64,000 nucleotides of DNA, taken from assembly GCA_044344255.1 (NCBI GenBank), contig JBIJDH010000002.1, forward strand, positions 32,001-96,000, given 5' to 3'. This DNA comes from Myxococcota bacterium (GTDB lineage: Bacteria; Myxococcota_A; UBA796; UBA2385). Of the stretch, positions 50,448 to 58,584 are shown one piece after another (within the stretch, counting starts at the first letter, position 1; the number at the start of each line of letters is the position of its first letter). A program made the translations under genes and the position numbers. The notes under the pieces are model-generated. The model was given only the letters and a program-made list of their open reading frames with translations. It made no database searches and had not been told where the DNA came from.

Positions 50448-51638
50448 CTAGTAGAAGGCGATGTCGTAGGGGGCGATGCCGGTGGTGATCCAGTCGGGGC
50501 CCGTGAGCGAGGAGCAGCTCTCCACGTCATAGACCATCACCCCGCCTTGCGAGTCGGGGTCGGCCCAGGAGGTGCGGGCGGAGATCCAGGCCTCTCCGTG
50601 GCTGTTCAAGCTCATCCCGCTGAGGAAGCTCGTGGTGCTCTCGGCCTCGACGAGGGTGTCCTCGGCCATGTCGTAGCACCAGACGGTGTAGACCGAGGCC
50701 GCGTCGCTCGTGAGCAGGAGGGCCTTGTCGCCGATGGCGACGGCGTCACCGATGTTCTCGCCGATGAGCTCCTCCGAGAGGAGGACCTCGGACTGGGTGC
50801 CGGCGTTGATGTCGAGGACGGAGATCCCACCGTCGAGGTCGATGTTGTAGTCGGCGTCGTAATAGACGCCGGTGCGGACGAGCAGCCGGCCCTCGTCGAT
50901 ACGGCTCAGCGAGGGGCTGGGGCCCACCTCCCAGGCATCGGTGACGGTCTGGCTCGTGCAGTCCACTCGGACGACCGTCCCGCCGTCGGCCAGCCAGCCG
51001 CCGTCCTGGGCGAGCTGCTGGAGGGCGACGTAGAGCGCGCCGCCGAGCTCGATCACGCTGCCGGTCTCGACGAAGCCGTCCCCGTCATCATAAGCGGCGA
51101 GATCGACCACCCCGGTGAGGACGCCGGTGCTGGGGTCGTAGACGCCGATGTGGTCGGAATTGTAGAGGCCGACGAAGAGCTTGTCGTCGCAGACCGCGGC
51201 GCCGAGCGGGTTCGAGCCGGAGCCGGTGGAGAACTCGAGCACGGGGGCTGCCCAGTCGCCGATGGTGTAGAGGCGGACGCTGTCGTATCCGTAGCCGTTG
51301 GCCTCGATCAGCCAGGGGCCGTCGATGTTGAGGTGGGGGTCGCTGGTGAGCGTGGCGAGGCCGTCGGTCACGGTCCAGTCGTCCAGGCTCACCGAGGAGA
51401 GGCCGCCCACCGAGTAGTCATCGGCCACGGTGGCGATGAGCGCGGTGCTGATGTCGGCGTCGGCGTCGGCGTCGGTGTCCCCGTCGGCGTCGGCGTCGCT
51501 GTCCCCGTCGGCATCGGCGTCGGTGTCGGTGTCGCTGTCCGCGTCGGTGTCGGCGTCCGTCTCACCGGACTCCTCGTCAGGGTCGACCTTGGGGGCGCAG
51601 GCGAGCAGGAGGAGGGCGAGGAGGGTCTTCGGGTTCAT
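50448..51638 (-). CDS. YncE/BtuG-like beta-propeller lipoprotein with Asp-Ala/Thr linker
   Basis: LLLAC, (DAD/DTD)n linker, EFSTG.GSNP, KLFV.LY and VG..P propeller motifs; follows the TonB receptor. Confidence 0.75.
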   Translation of the reverse strand: MNPKTLLALLLLACAPKVDPDEESGETDADTDADSDTDTDADADGDSDADADGDTDADADADISTALIATVADDYSVGGLSSVSLDDWTVTDGLATLTSDPHLNIDGPWLIEANGYGYDSVRLYTIGDWAAPVLEFSTGSGSNPLGAAVCDDKLFVGLYNSDHIGVYDPSTGVLTGVVDLAAYDDGDGFVETGSVIELGGALYVALQQLAQDGGWLADGGTVVRVDCTSQTVTDAWEVGPSPSLSRIDEGRLLVRTGVYYDADYNIDLDGGISVLDINAGTQSEVLLSEELIGENIGDAVAIGDKALLLTSDAASVYTVWCYDMAEDTLVEAESTTSFLSGMSLNSHGEAWISARTSWADPDSQGGVMVYDVESCSSLTGPDWITTGIAPYDIAFY

Positions 51639-51701
51639 GTCTTCTCCAGGATTGAAGCGGATGACGATGGCGATACACGCAGCATGCGAGCAGGGCGCGC
51701 G

Positions 51702-53750
51702 TCAGGACTGCCAGCGGAGCGTGAAGAGGAGGGTGCGGCCAGGCAGGGGGTAGCCGGCGAAGTCGGTGATAGGCTGGACGGCCCGCGCGCCCGACGGTCG
51801 GAGGGGATCCCGAGGGACAACCTCGACGAATCGATCGAGGAGGTTGAGCCCCGCGAGCTCCATCGAGGGCCAGGCGGCGGAAGGCTGGAGGCGGAGGAAG
51901 GCGCCGTGGATCGAGCGTGGGGCCGAGCGGAACCAGTTGGTGGCGTCCCAGTAGTTCCCGTCGGTGAAGCTCCAGGTGTGGCCGATCCGGGCTCGCTCCT
52001 CCCAGTGCAGGCTGGTGGCCTGTCCGAGCTCCCAGGTGGGGACACGCGGGAGCTGATTGTTGGAGACGGCAGGGATGGGCACCAGGTTTCGGGAGAGGGT
52101 GCGGGTGAGGTTGCTTTGACTGTCCAGGTGACCGCCGAGGTCGAGGCTCACGGCCAGCTCGAGACCCTGCACCCAGGCCTCCCCCACATTGACGGGGATC
52201 AGCACCCGCTGGGCGTTCTGCATCCAGGTGATGAGGTCTTCGGAGGCGCTCCAGTAGTGGGAGAGGTCGAGGCTCCCGCTCAGGTGTCGGCCCGAGTGGA
52301 CGAGGCGCCCGCCCACGTCCCACTGCCAACCGCGCTCGGGCTTCAGCGTCGTGTTCCCGGCCATGGCGCCGCGGTCGCCAAAGAGCTCGGTGAGATCGGG
52401 CGGACGGATGGTGTGGCCGCCGTTGGCCTTGAGCGCGAGGGCCGGCGTCGGGCGGTAGAGGACGCCCAGGCGGGGGTTGAGGGCGAGGAGGTCGGTGGTG
52501 GGCTCGGTCTGGGCGGCGTCGTACTCAAAGACGGGCTCGTCGAGGCGGAGCGCGTGCCAGGCCTGGGCCTGGACCACCGGGGAGAGGGTCCAGCGGTCGC
52601 GGTTGAAGCGGAAGGTGCTGGCCAGCGAGGCGCTCCCGCCGAGGCGGCTGCGCGGCAGGGCCTCCTCTTCCTGCACGAGGTCGGTGGCGATATACCGCTC
52701 CTGATGAACAGAGAGCGTGAGGGAGGGCGACACCCAGGAGGCTGGTGTCCAGAGGGCGTGCGCGAGGCCGCCGCGGTCGCGCGTGTCGCCGCGGATCTGC
52801 TGGCCGCCCGAGCCGAGCTCGCCGGAGAGATCGTCGAAGAGCTCGCGGCGATCGAGCTGCCAGAGGCGGAGGGTCAGCGCGCTCGCCTCGCCGCAGCGCT
52901 CCAGGCTGAAGACCCCGAGGTTGCGCCGCGTGTCGAGGCTGGCCTCGAGGGCGGGCAGGTGAACCGGTCCCGGCAGGCCTTCGTCGCGAGAGAGCCAGGC
53001 GTCGAGGAGGGTGAGGCGGAGCGCGCCGTAGCGGGCGCGGAGGCGGGCCGTCGCGGCGAGCTGGTCCTTCTCGTTGTTCAAGCGAGGAGCGACGGCGTCA
53101 TCGGCGAGGTTGTAGAGGGTGCCGTTGTCGTCAAAGGCCTCATAGTCCGCGGCGGTCGTGAAGAGCTCGGCGGTGAGGAGACCGTCGAGCTCCCAAGGGC
53201 CAAGCTCGCCCGTCGGCGTCGTGAAGGCGTTGAATCGGCCAGTGTGGTAGCTGCCGCCGCTCACCGCGACGGTGGACGGCCCGGGCACCTCTGCGCTCAC
53301 GAGGTTGACCACGCCCCCCATCGGCGCCGCCGAGAATTCCGGCGGGGCGTTCCCTCGATAGAGCTCGACCCGGGAGAAGGCCTGAAGCGGCAATTCGGAG
53401 AGGTTGACCGTGTCGCTCCCGTCGGGGTTGAGCGGCACGCCGTCGAGGAAGACCGCCACTTGGCGCAACGTCGAGCCGCGGATGCTCACCGCCGAGAAGG
53501 AGCCGAGGCCGCCGAGCTCCACCACGGTGGTGCCCGAGGCGGAGTCGACCACGGAGGCGACGTCCGCCCCGCTGGAGAGGCGCGTGTCTATCGGGATGAC
53601 CGTCACGCTCGCGGGCGTGAGGCTCGGGTCAGGCCCGCGGAGGCCGACGACGACGATGTCACCCACGCCCTCGACAAGCGAGGGATCGGCGGGTGGAGGG
53701 TCTGCGGCGGCGGCAAAGGTGAGGGACAAGGGCAGGAGCAGCGGCGTCAA
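51702..53750 (-). CDS. TonB-dependent receptor, probable cobalamin receptor (BtuB-like)
   Basis: Plug motifs SIRGS..QV.VFLDGVPLN and VELYRG; R.P...EL, GN..LKPE, PLPGR...LRW; TTG start after GGAGG; downstream of a B12 riboswitch. Confidence 0.9.
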   Translation of the reverse strand: MTPLLLPLSLTFAAAADPPPADPSLVEGVGDIVVVGLRGPDPSLTPASVTVIPIDTRLSSGADVASVVDSASGTTVVELGGLGSFSAVSIRGSTLRQVAVFLDGVPLNPDGSDTVNLSELPLQAFSRVELYRGNAPPEFSAAPMGGVVNLVSAEVPGPSTVAVSGGSYHTGRFNAFTTPTGELGPWELDGLLTAELFTTAADYEAFDDNGTLYNLADDAVAPRLNNEKDQLAATARLRARYGALRLTLLDAWLSRDEGLPGPVHLPALEASLDTRRNLGVFSLERCGEASALTLRLWQLDRRELFDDLSGELGSGGQQIRGDTRDRGGLAHALWTPASWVSPSLTLSVHQERYIATDLVQEEEALPRSRLGGSASLASTFRFNRDRWTLSPVVQAQAWHALRLDEPVFEYDAAQTEPTTDLLALNPRLGVLYRPTPALALKANGGHTIRPPDLTELFGDRGAMAGNTTLKPERGWQWDVGGRLVHSGRHLSGSLDLSHYWSASEDLITWMQNAQRVLIPVNVGEAWVQGLELAVSLDLGGHLDSQSNLTRTLSRNLVPIPAVSNNQLPRVPTWELGQATSLHWEERARIGHTWSFTDGNYWDATNWFRSAPRSIHGAFLRLQPSAAWPSMELAGLNLLDRFVEVVPRDPLRPSGARAVQPITDFAGYPLPGRTLLFTLRWQS

Positions 53751-53833
53751 TGCCAGCCTCCGCCGGGGCTCAAATCGTGGCCCGGCAGGGCGACACGACC
53801 TGTTCTTCAACCCCGAAGAACGATGCGTTGCTG

Positions 53834-54042
53834 CTCGAAGGCCGGTCTCCTGGCTCCTGGATCATCCGCTTCACCACGCCTTCCCGGTGTGACCCAGTGG
53901 CAATTGTGGTGAGCGTCCCCAGTTACAGTGGCGGGGGCCGCGCCGGACTCGGAGAGCGAATGACCCTTTCGGACCATCCCACCACCCCACCGGCTTCCCG
54001 TTTCACCTCCGCCGCCGAGAGGACGGCGCAGGCACCTTCGAG
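53834..54042 (-). promoter_or_regulatory. Cobalamin (B12) riboswitch
   Basis: Minus strand: AGGTGC...GAAACGGGAAGCCGGTG...TCCGGCGCGGCCCCCGCCACTGTAA...GCCACTGGG..CCGGGAAGG...GAGCCAGGAGACCGGCC, closed by CTCGAAGG/CCTTCGAG. Confidence 0.95.
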
Positions 54043-54120
54043 GATCTTCTATGAAAAGAACGAGCCGAGTGACTAATTCAGATCGCGGCGCCTGTCAAGC
54101 GAGGCCGTGGGCAGCCCCCC

Positions 54121-55287
54121 TCACCGGTCGGTGGGGGGGGAGCCGTCGGCGGGCAGGGCGGGGAGCGTGGGGTGGCTCCAGGTCGCCGCGGCGGCGGGCC
54201 GGCCAAAGTAGTAGCCCTGTGCGCAGGCGAAGCCGAGCTGTCGACAGATCTCGGCCTCCTCCGGGCGCTCGACGCCCTCGGCCAACGGTACGATCCCAAA
54301 GTCGAGCACCATCTTGACCAGGGTGCTGACCATCTGGTGCTTCTGCGCGCTCGCGAGGTGGATGTTCCGGATGAGGCTGATGTCGAATTTGAGGAACTGC
54401 GGCGGCGCTTCGACCAGCTCGATGAGCCGGGCCTGCCCGGCGCCGAAGTCATCGTAGGCAAGAGATACGTCGATGTCGCTCAGACGCTCGGCCAGGGCGC
54501 GCATCTGGGGAGGATCGGTGACCGCGGCCTCGTGGATCTCGAGCACCAGCTGCAGCTTCGAGTTCATGGAGCGGAGCTCTGCGAGCTCAACGAGGAGGTC
54601 CGGGTTGTGGGTCTCGATGGGGCGCGAGTTGAGGAAGAGGAGGAGCGGGCGCTCCGGGAGCGTCGCGGCCTCCTCCACCGCTCGGCGGCGAAGCAGCCGG
54701 CTCAGCTCCTCCTCGGCCTCGAAGCCCGCGGCGATGGAGAAGAGGCGGATCGGGCTGGCGGGCATCCCCGGGGCATCGCTGCGGCCCAGGGCCTCGTAGC
54801 CCATGCGGGTGACCGCAGCGTCAAGGCGCACGATCGGCTGGAAGACCACGCGGACCGCGCTCGTGCTGAGCATGTCGCGGAAGGCGCGCGGGTTGTTGAA
54901 GAAGTGATTCGAGAGGCCCGAGGAGTGGATCGAGGTGTTGAGCGTCGGGTGCCGCAGCTCGCCGAAAGACTCGTGGCCGAGGCGGAATTCGGCGGAGGCG
55001 AAGTGGATCACGTCGCCTTCGCTGAGGGGCGCCAAGCTCGAGATTCGGACCGAATTGACGAACGTGCCGTTGGTCGAGCCGAGATCCCGCAGGTGCAAGC
55101 AGCCGCGCTCGTGGACCAGCTCGGCGTGGGTCCATGACACGCCGGTCGAGCGGATCGTGAGCATGAGATCGGGGGAGCGGCCGACGCGGAACGGAAAGTT
55201 GAGGATCGGCACGCGCATGAGCTGCTTGTTCCCTGGGAAGAATCCCTCCAGGAACCAGCCTACGATCGGGGTTTGTAGAGTTGACAT
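54121..55287 (-). CDS. FHA domain + EAL domain c-di-GMP phosphodiesterase
   Basis: VGR, VS..HA, DLGSTNGTFVN (FHA); FQPI, YEALGR, LEIHE, DDFGAG, LKFD, AEGVE, QGYYF (EAL). Confidence 0.92.
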   Translation of the reverse strand: MSTLQTPIVGWFLEGFFPGNKQLMRVPILNFPFRVGRSPDLMLTIRSTGVSWTHAELVHERGCLHLRDLGSTNGTFVNSVRISSLAPLSEGDVIHFASAEFRLGHESFGELRHPTLNTSIHSSGLSNHFFNNPRAFRDMLSTSAVRVVFQPIVRLDAAVTRMGYEALGRSDAPGMPASPIRLFSIAAGFEAEEELSRLLRRRAVEEAATLPERPLLLFLNSRPIETHNPDLLVELAELRSMNSKLQLVLEIHEAAVTDPPQMRALAERLSDIDVSLAYDDFGAGQARLIELVEAPPQFLKFDISLIRNIHLASAQKHQMVSTLVKMVLDFGIVPLAEGVERPEEAEICRQLGFACAQGYYFGRPAAAATWSHPTLPALPADGSPPTDR

Positions 55288-55380
55288 GGTAGTCCGTCAG
55301 GCGCCCCTCGGGGACCCGCTGCAGGGAGGGCGCGGGGCGATGGGAGCAGGATGTCCCGAAACCGGCTACAATTCAAGCCG

Positions 55381-57477
55381 ATGAAGTCGACCGGCCCGAC
55401 GGATGCGCTCGCCGCAGCCCCCGCCTCCGCGGCTCCGGCCGCCTTGGAGCCTGTTGTCGCCACCGGCGTGCACCCCGCGGCACCTCCCATGGAGGGCGCT
55501 GAGGAGACCGATCAGACCATCATGAAGGAGGACCTCGGCGCCTCCTTGGAGGACGCCCCGGCGGACGGGAGCCTCGGCCCCGTGGAGCTCCCCGGAGACG
55601 CCCTGCTCGGCACGGTGCTCGACGGCAAATTCCGGCTTGAGAAGCCGCTCGGTCGGGGTGGAGCGGGTCGGGTCTACCTCGGCCGGCAGCTCTCGCTCGG
55701 CCGTGTGGTCGCGGTCAAGGTCATGCGCCCGGAGCTCGATCCGGAGGGTGAGCAGCGCTTCGGCGAGCGCTTCTTCCGGGAGGCCTCGCTCGCGGGCGCC
55801 CTGAACCACCCCAACGTGGTCACGGTGCACGACTTCGGGCGGACGAAGGAGGGGCTCTGCTACATCGTGATGGAGCTCCTGGGTGGGGTGTCCCTCAAAG
55901 ACCTGCTGCGCCTCGGGCCCATCCCGGCTGAGCGGGCCGTCGTCATCTTCGAGCAGATCGTGAGGGGCCTCCGACACGCCCACAAGGCCGGCCTCGTGCA
56001 TCGAGACGTCAAGCCGGGCAACGTCCAGGTGCTCCCCGGTGATGACGGGCGCGACTTCGTGAAGCTGCTCGACTTTGGGCTGGTGAAAGGAGACGACGAG
56101 GAGTCTGGGATCACCCAGCACGGCTCCTTCATCGGCACGCCGCAGTACGCCGCCCCCGAGCAGGTCAAGGGGGAGGCCGCGTCCGCGCGCTCCGACCTCT
56201 ACTCGACGGGCGTGATGTTCTACCGGGCCGTCACCGGGAAGCTGCCCTTCGCCTTCGACAACCCGATGGCGATCGCGCTCGCTCACGTCAAGGAGCCCTA
56301 CCCGCCGATGGCGGAGCGCGCCCCGGATGTGCCTGTCCCGCACGACATCGAGCTCATCGTACGGCGCTGCATGGAGAAGGAGCCGGTTCAGCGCTATCTC
56401 GACGCCGACGCCCTCCTCAACGACATCATCGCCGCCCGACGGAACCTCTTCCCCGAGATGCCGAGCGTGGTGGGCACCGCGGCGATGGTGGCGGCCTGGA
56501 CCGGCGCGGCCGGCGCGGGGAACGGGGACGCGGGCGCGGCGAGCGGCGCGGCCCCGAGGTCACTCGGCCCTTCCTCGGGGGAGCCCCGGACGCTGCCGAT
56601 CCCGATGCCGATCCCGATGCCGGCGAACGGCGCCGCACCGGCGGTTCGGACGGGCCGGCGGCTCGGCGGACTCGTCGCTGTGGTGCTCGGGGTGGGCCTC
56701 CTCTTCGGGGTCGGCTGCCTCGGAGGCGGCCTGTGGCTGGGGCCCTGGAGCGTTGACTTCCTGGACCGCGGCGCGGCTGGGCCCGAGGCGGCGGACGGGG
56801 CGCCCCGACCGGCCGACGCTGCGGACGCCGATCTGATCAACGCCCCCCCGAACAACGCCCCCGCCGAGCCGGAGGCCCCCGCCATGCGGACGGTCTCGCT
56901 GACGGTGCAGAGCGCGCCCGCGGGAGCCGAGGTCCGGCTGAGCGGGGCGCTCCTGGGCACCACGCCGCTCGTCACGGATCTGCCGATCCCCGCCCAGGAG
57001 CAGGGCGCCCACCGGCCGATTGAGCTCCGCCTCTCCGGCTACGAGGCCCGGGTGGTGCTGGTAGACGTCTCGGGGTCGGAGGCGCTGCTGGACACGCGTC
57101 TATCCGCGATCGCCCGCGCCGCCGAGCCCGCTGTGGCGAGCGGCGGTGCCCGCGCCGCGGCGAACGAACCCGAGGTCGCTCCCGAGGAACAGGGGTCGAA
57201 GGCCAGCGTCGGCGCGACCCCGGCGCCAGCACCTGCCTCGCCGGGCGGGGCGGTGATCGCCGACGGTGTTCGTTTCACGAGCGCGGAGGCCGCGGAGGCC
57301 GTCGCCTTCGCCAATGGCGCCAGCAAGGAGGCCCTCCTCGGGGCCGGTATCGCCCCCGCGCAGGCCAACGTCGTGCTGCGGTCGCGTCCCTTCGCGGACG
57401 TGTCGGCCTTCGCCGCGACGCCGCAGATCGGCGAGAAGACGGTCGCCGCCGTGCTGCGAGCGGTGAAGTCTCCGTAG
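55381..57477 (+). CDS. Membrane Ser/Thr protein kinase with PEGA and helix-hairpin-helix-like C-terminal domains
   Basis: LGRGGAG.VY, VAVK, HRDVKPGN, DFG, GTPQYAAPEQ; TM; VQSAPAGAEV..G..LGTTPL; N.AS..L..AGI....RPF......IGEKT; start uncertain. Confidence 0.9.
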   Translation: MKSTGPTDALAAAPASAAPAALEPVVATGVHPAAPPMEGAEETDQTIMKEDLGASLEDAPADGSLGPVELPGDALLGTVLDGKFRLEKPLGRGGAGRVYLGRQLSLGRVVAVKVMRPELDPEGEQRFGERFFREASLAGALNHPNVVTVHDFGRTKEGLCYIVMELLGGVSLKDLLRLGPIPAERAVVIFEQIVRGLRHAHKAGLVHRDVKPGNVQVLPGDDGRDFVKLLDFGLVKGDDEESGITQHGSFIGTPQYAAPEQVKGEAASARSDLYSTGVMFYRAVTGKLPFAFDNPMAIALAHVKEPYPPMAERAPDVPVPHDIELIVRRCMEKEPVQRYLDADALLNDIIAARRNLFPEMPSVVGTAAMVAAWTGAAGAGNGDAGAASGAAPRSLGPSSGEPRTLPIPMPIPMPANGAAPAVRTGRRLGGLVAVVLGVGLLFGVGCLGGGLWLGPWSVDFLDRGAAGPEAADGAPRPADAADADLINAPPNNAPAEPEAPAMRTVSLTVQSAPAGAEVRLSGALLGTTPLVTDLPIPAQEQGAHRPIELRLSGYEARVVLVDVSGSEALLDTRLSAIARAAEPAVASGGARAAANEPEVAPEEQGSKASVGATPAPAPASPGGAVIADGVRFTSAEAAEAVAFANGASKEALLGAGIAPAQANVVLRSRPFADVSAFAATPQIGEKTVAAVLRAVKSP

Positions 57478-57541
57478 GAGAGCGAAGGGTGCGGCGGCGG
57501 CGATCGGCGCGGAGGGGTAGATCGGCGTCGTGGAGGTCTGC

Positions 57542-58552
57542 ATGGTTTCGCGCGTTCTCATCACCGGGGTCGGCGGGCAGGTGGGCAGCGATCTGCTGCC
57601 TGCGATTCACCAGTCGGGCGCCGACTACCGGATCGTGGACATTCAATCGGCGGAGAAGAGCGCCGCCTGGCCTTCCCTCTGCGCCTCGCTCGGCGAGACC
57701 GGCGCCTGGCGGGGGCGGTGGATCCAGGCTGACGCCACCGATGCCACCGAGATGCGGAGCCTCGTCCGCGACTTCAAGCCGGACGTCACCTTCCACCTCG
57801 TCGCCATCTTGAGCGCCCGTGGCGAGAAGAACCCCGACCTCTGCTGGCAGGTCAACGTCGAGAGCCTGCGGGTGTTGATGGACGAGCTCGCCCTCCAGTC
57901 GAGCCCCGACCGCCGCCCTCGCCTGCTCTGCCCCTCCTCCATCGCCGCCTTCGGGCCGGTGCCGGGATTTGAGCGGGGATATCCGCCCTCGGCCACTCCG
58001 AATGAGTTCCCCCTCCTCCCCCGCACGATGTATGGCGTGACCAAGGTCGTGACCGAGCTGATGGGGGACTACTACGCACGCGCACGGGGTGTGGACTTCC
58101 GCTCGGTGCGGTACCCCGGCTTGCTCAACGCCTCGCCGCCGGGCGGCGGATCGTCGGACTACGCCAACATGATGTACATGGCCGCCGCCCGCGGTGAGCC
58201 CTCGGTGGAGGTCTTTGTCCGTCCGGACGCCACGATCCCCTTCATGTACATGCCCGACGCCATCCGGGCGCTCCTCGAGCTCGCTGACGCGCCGGAGGCA
58301 GCCCTGACCCGACGGACCTACAACATCGCGGCGATGTCACCTTCCGCCCGCGACATCGCGGACAGCATCCGCCGCACGGTGCCGGGCTTCGAGGTCACCT
58401 ACCGCCCGGACACGCTCCGGCAGCCCATCGTGGACTCCTGGCCGGACGCGCTCGACGACCTGCCTGCGCGTCGAGACTGGGGCTGGCGACCGCGTTTCGA
58501 TCTCGACGCCATGACCACAGACCTCATGCGGGCGTTCCGCGCGCTCGGCTGA
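57542..58552 (+). CDS. NAD-dependent epimerase-family L-threonine 3-dehydrogenase-like SDR
   Basis: ITGVGGQVG, ILSARGE.NP, PSSIAAFG, P.TMYGVTK, PGGGSSDYA, MYMPD, DSWP. Confidence 0.85.
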   Translation: MVSRVLITGVGGQVGSDLLPAIHQSGADYRIVDIQSAEKSAAWPSLCASLGETGAWRGRWIQADATDATEMRSLVRDFKPDVTFHLVAILSARGEKNPDLCWQVNVESLRVLMDELALQSSPDRRPRLLCPSSIAAFGPVPGFERGYPPSATPNEFPLLPRTMYGVTKVVTELMGDYYARARGVDFRSVRYPGLLNASPPGGGSSDYANMMYMAAARGEPSVEVFVRPDATIPFMYMPDAIRALLELADAPEAALTRRTYNIAAMSPSARDIADSIRRTVPGFEVTYRPDTLRQPIVDSWPDALDDLPARRDWGWRPRFDLDAMTTDLMRAFRALG

Positions 58553-58584
58553 CGTCACCCCGCCGACGCCCGCCCGCTGAAGCC

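Noticed and set aside
51453..51557. CRISPR-like or other functional DNA repeat
   Set aside because: In-frame low-complexity Asp-Ala/Thr linker coding sequence with no spacers
50304..53912. 1202-aa plus-strand ORF
   Set aside because: Antisense shadow of the TonB receptor and lipoprotein genes, typical of high-GC codon bias; no motifs
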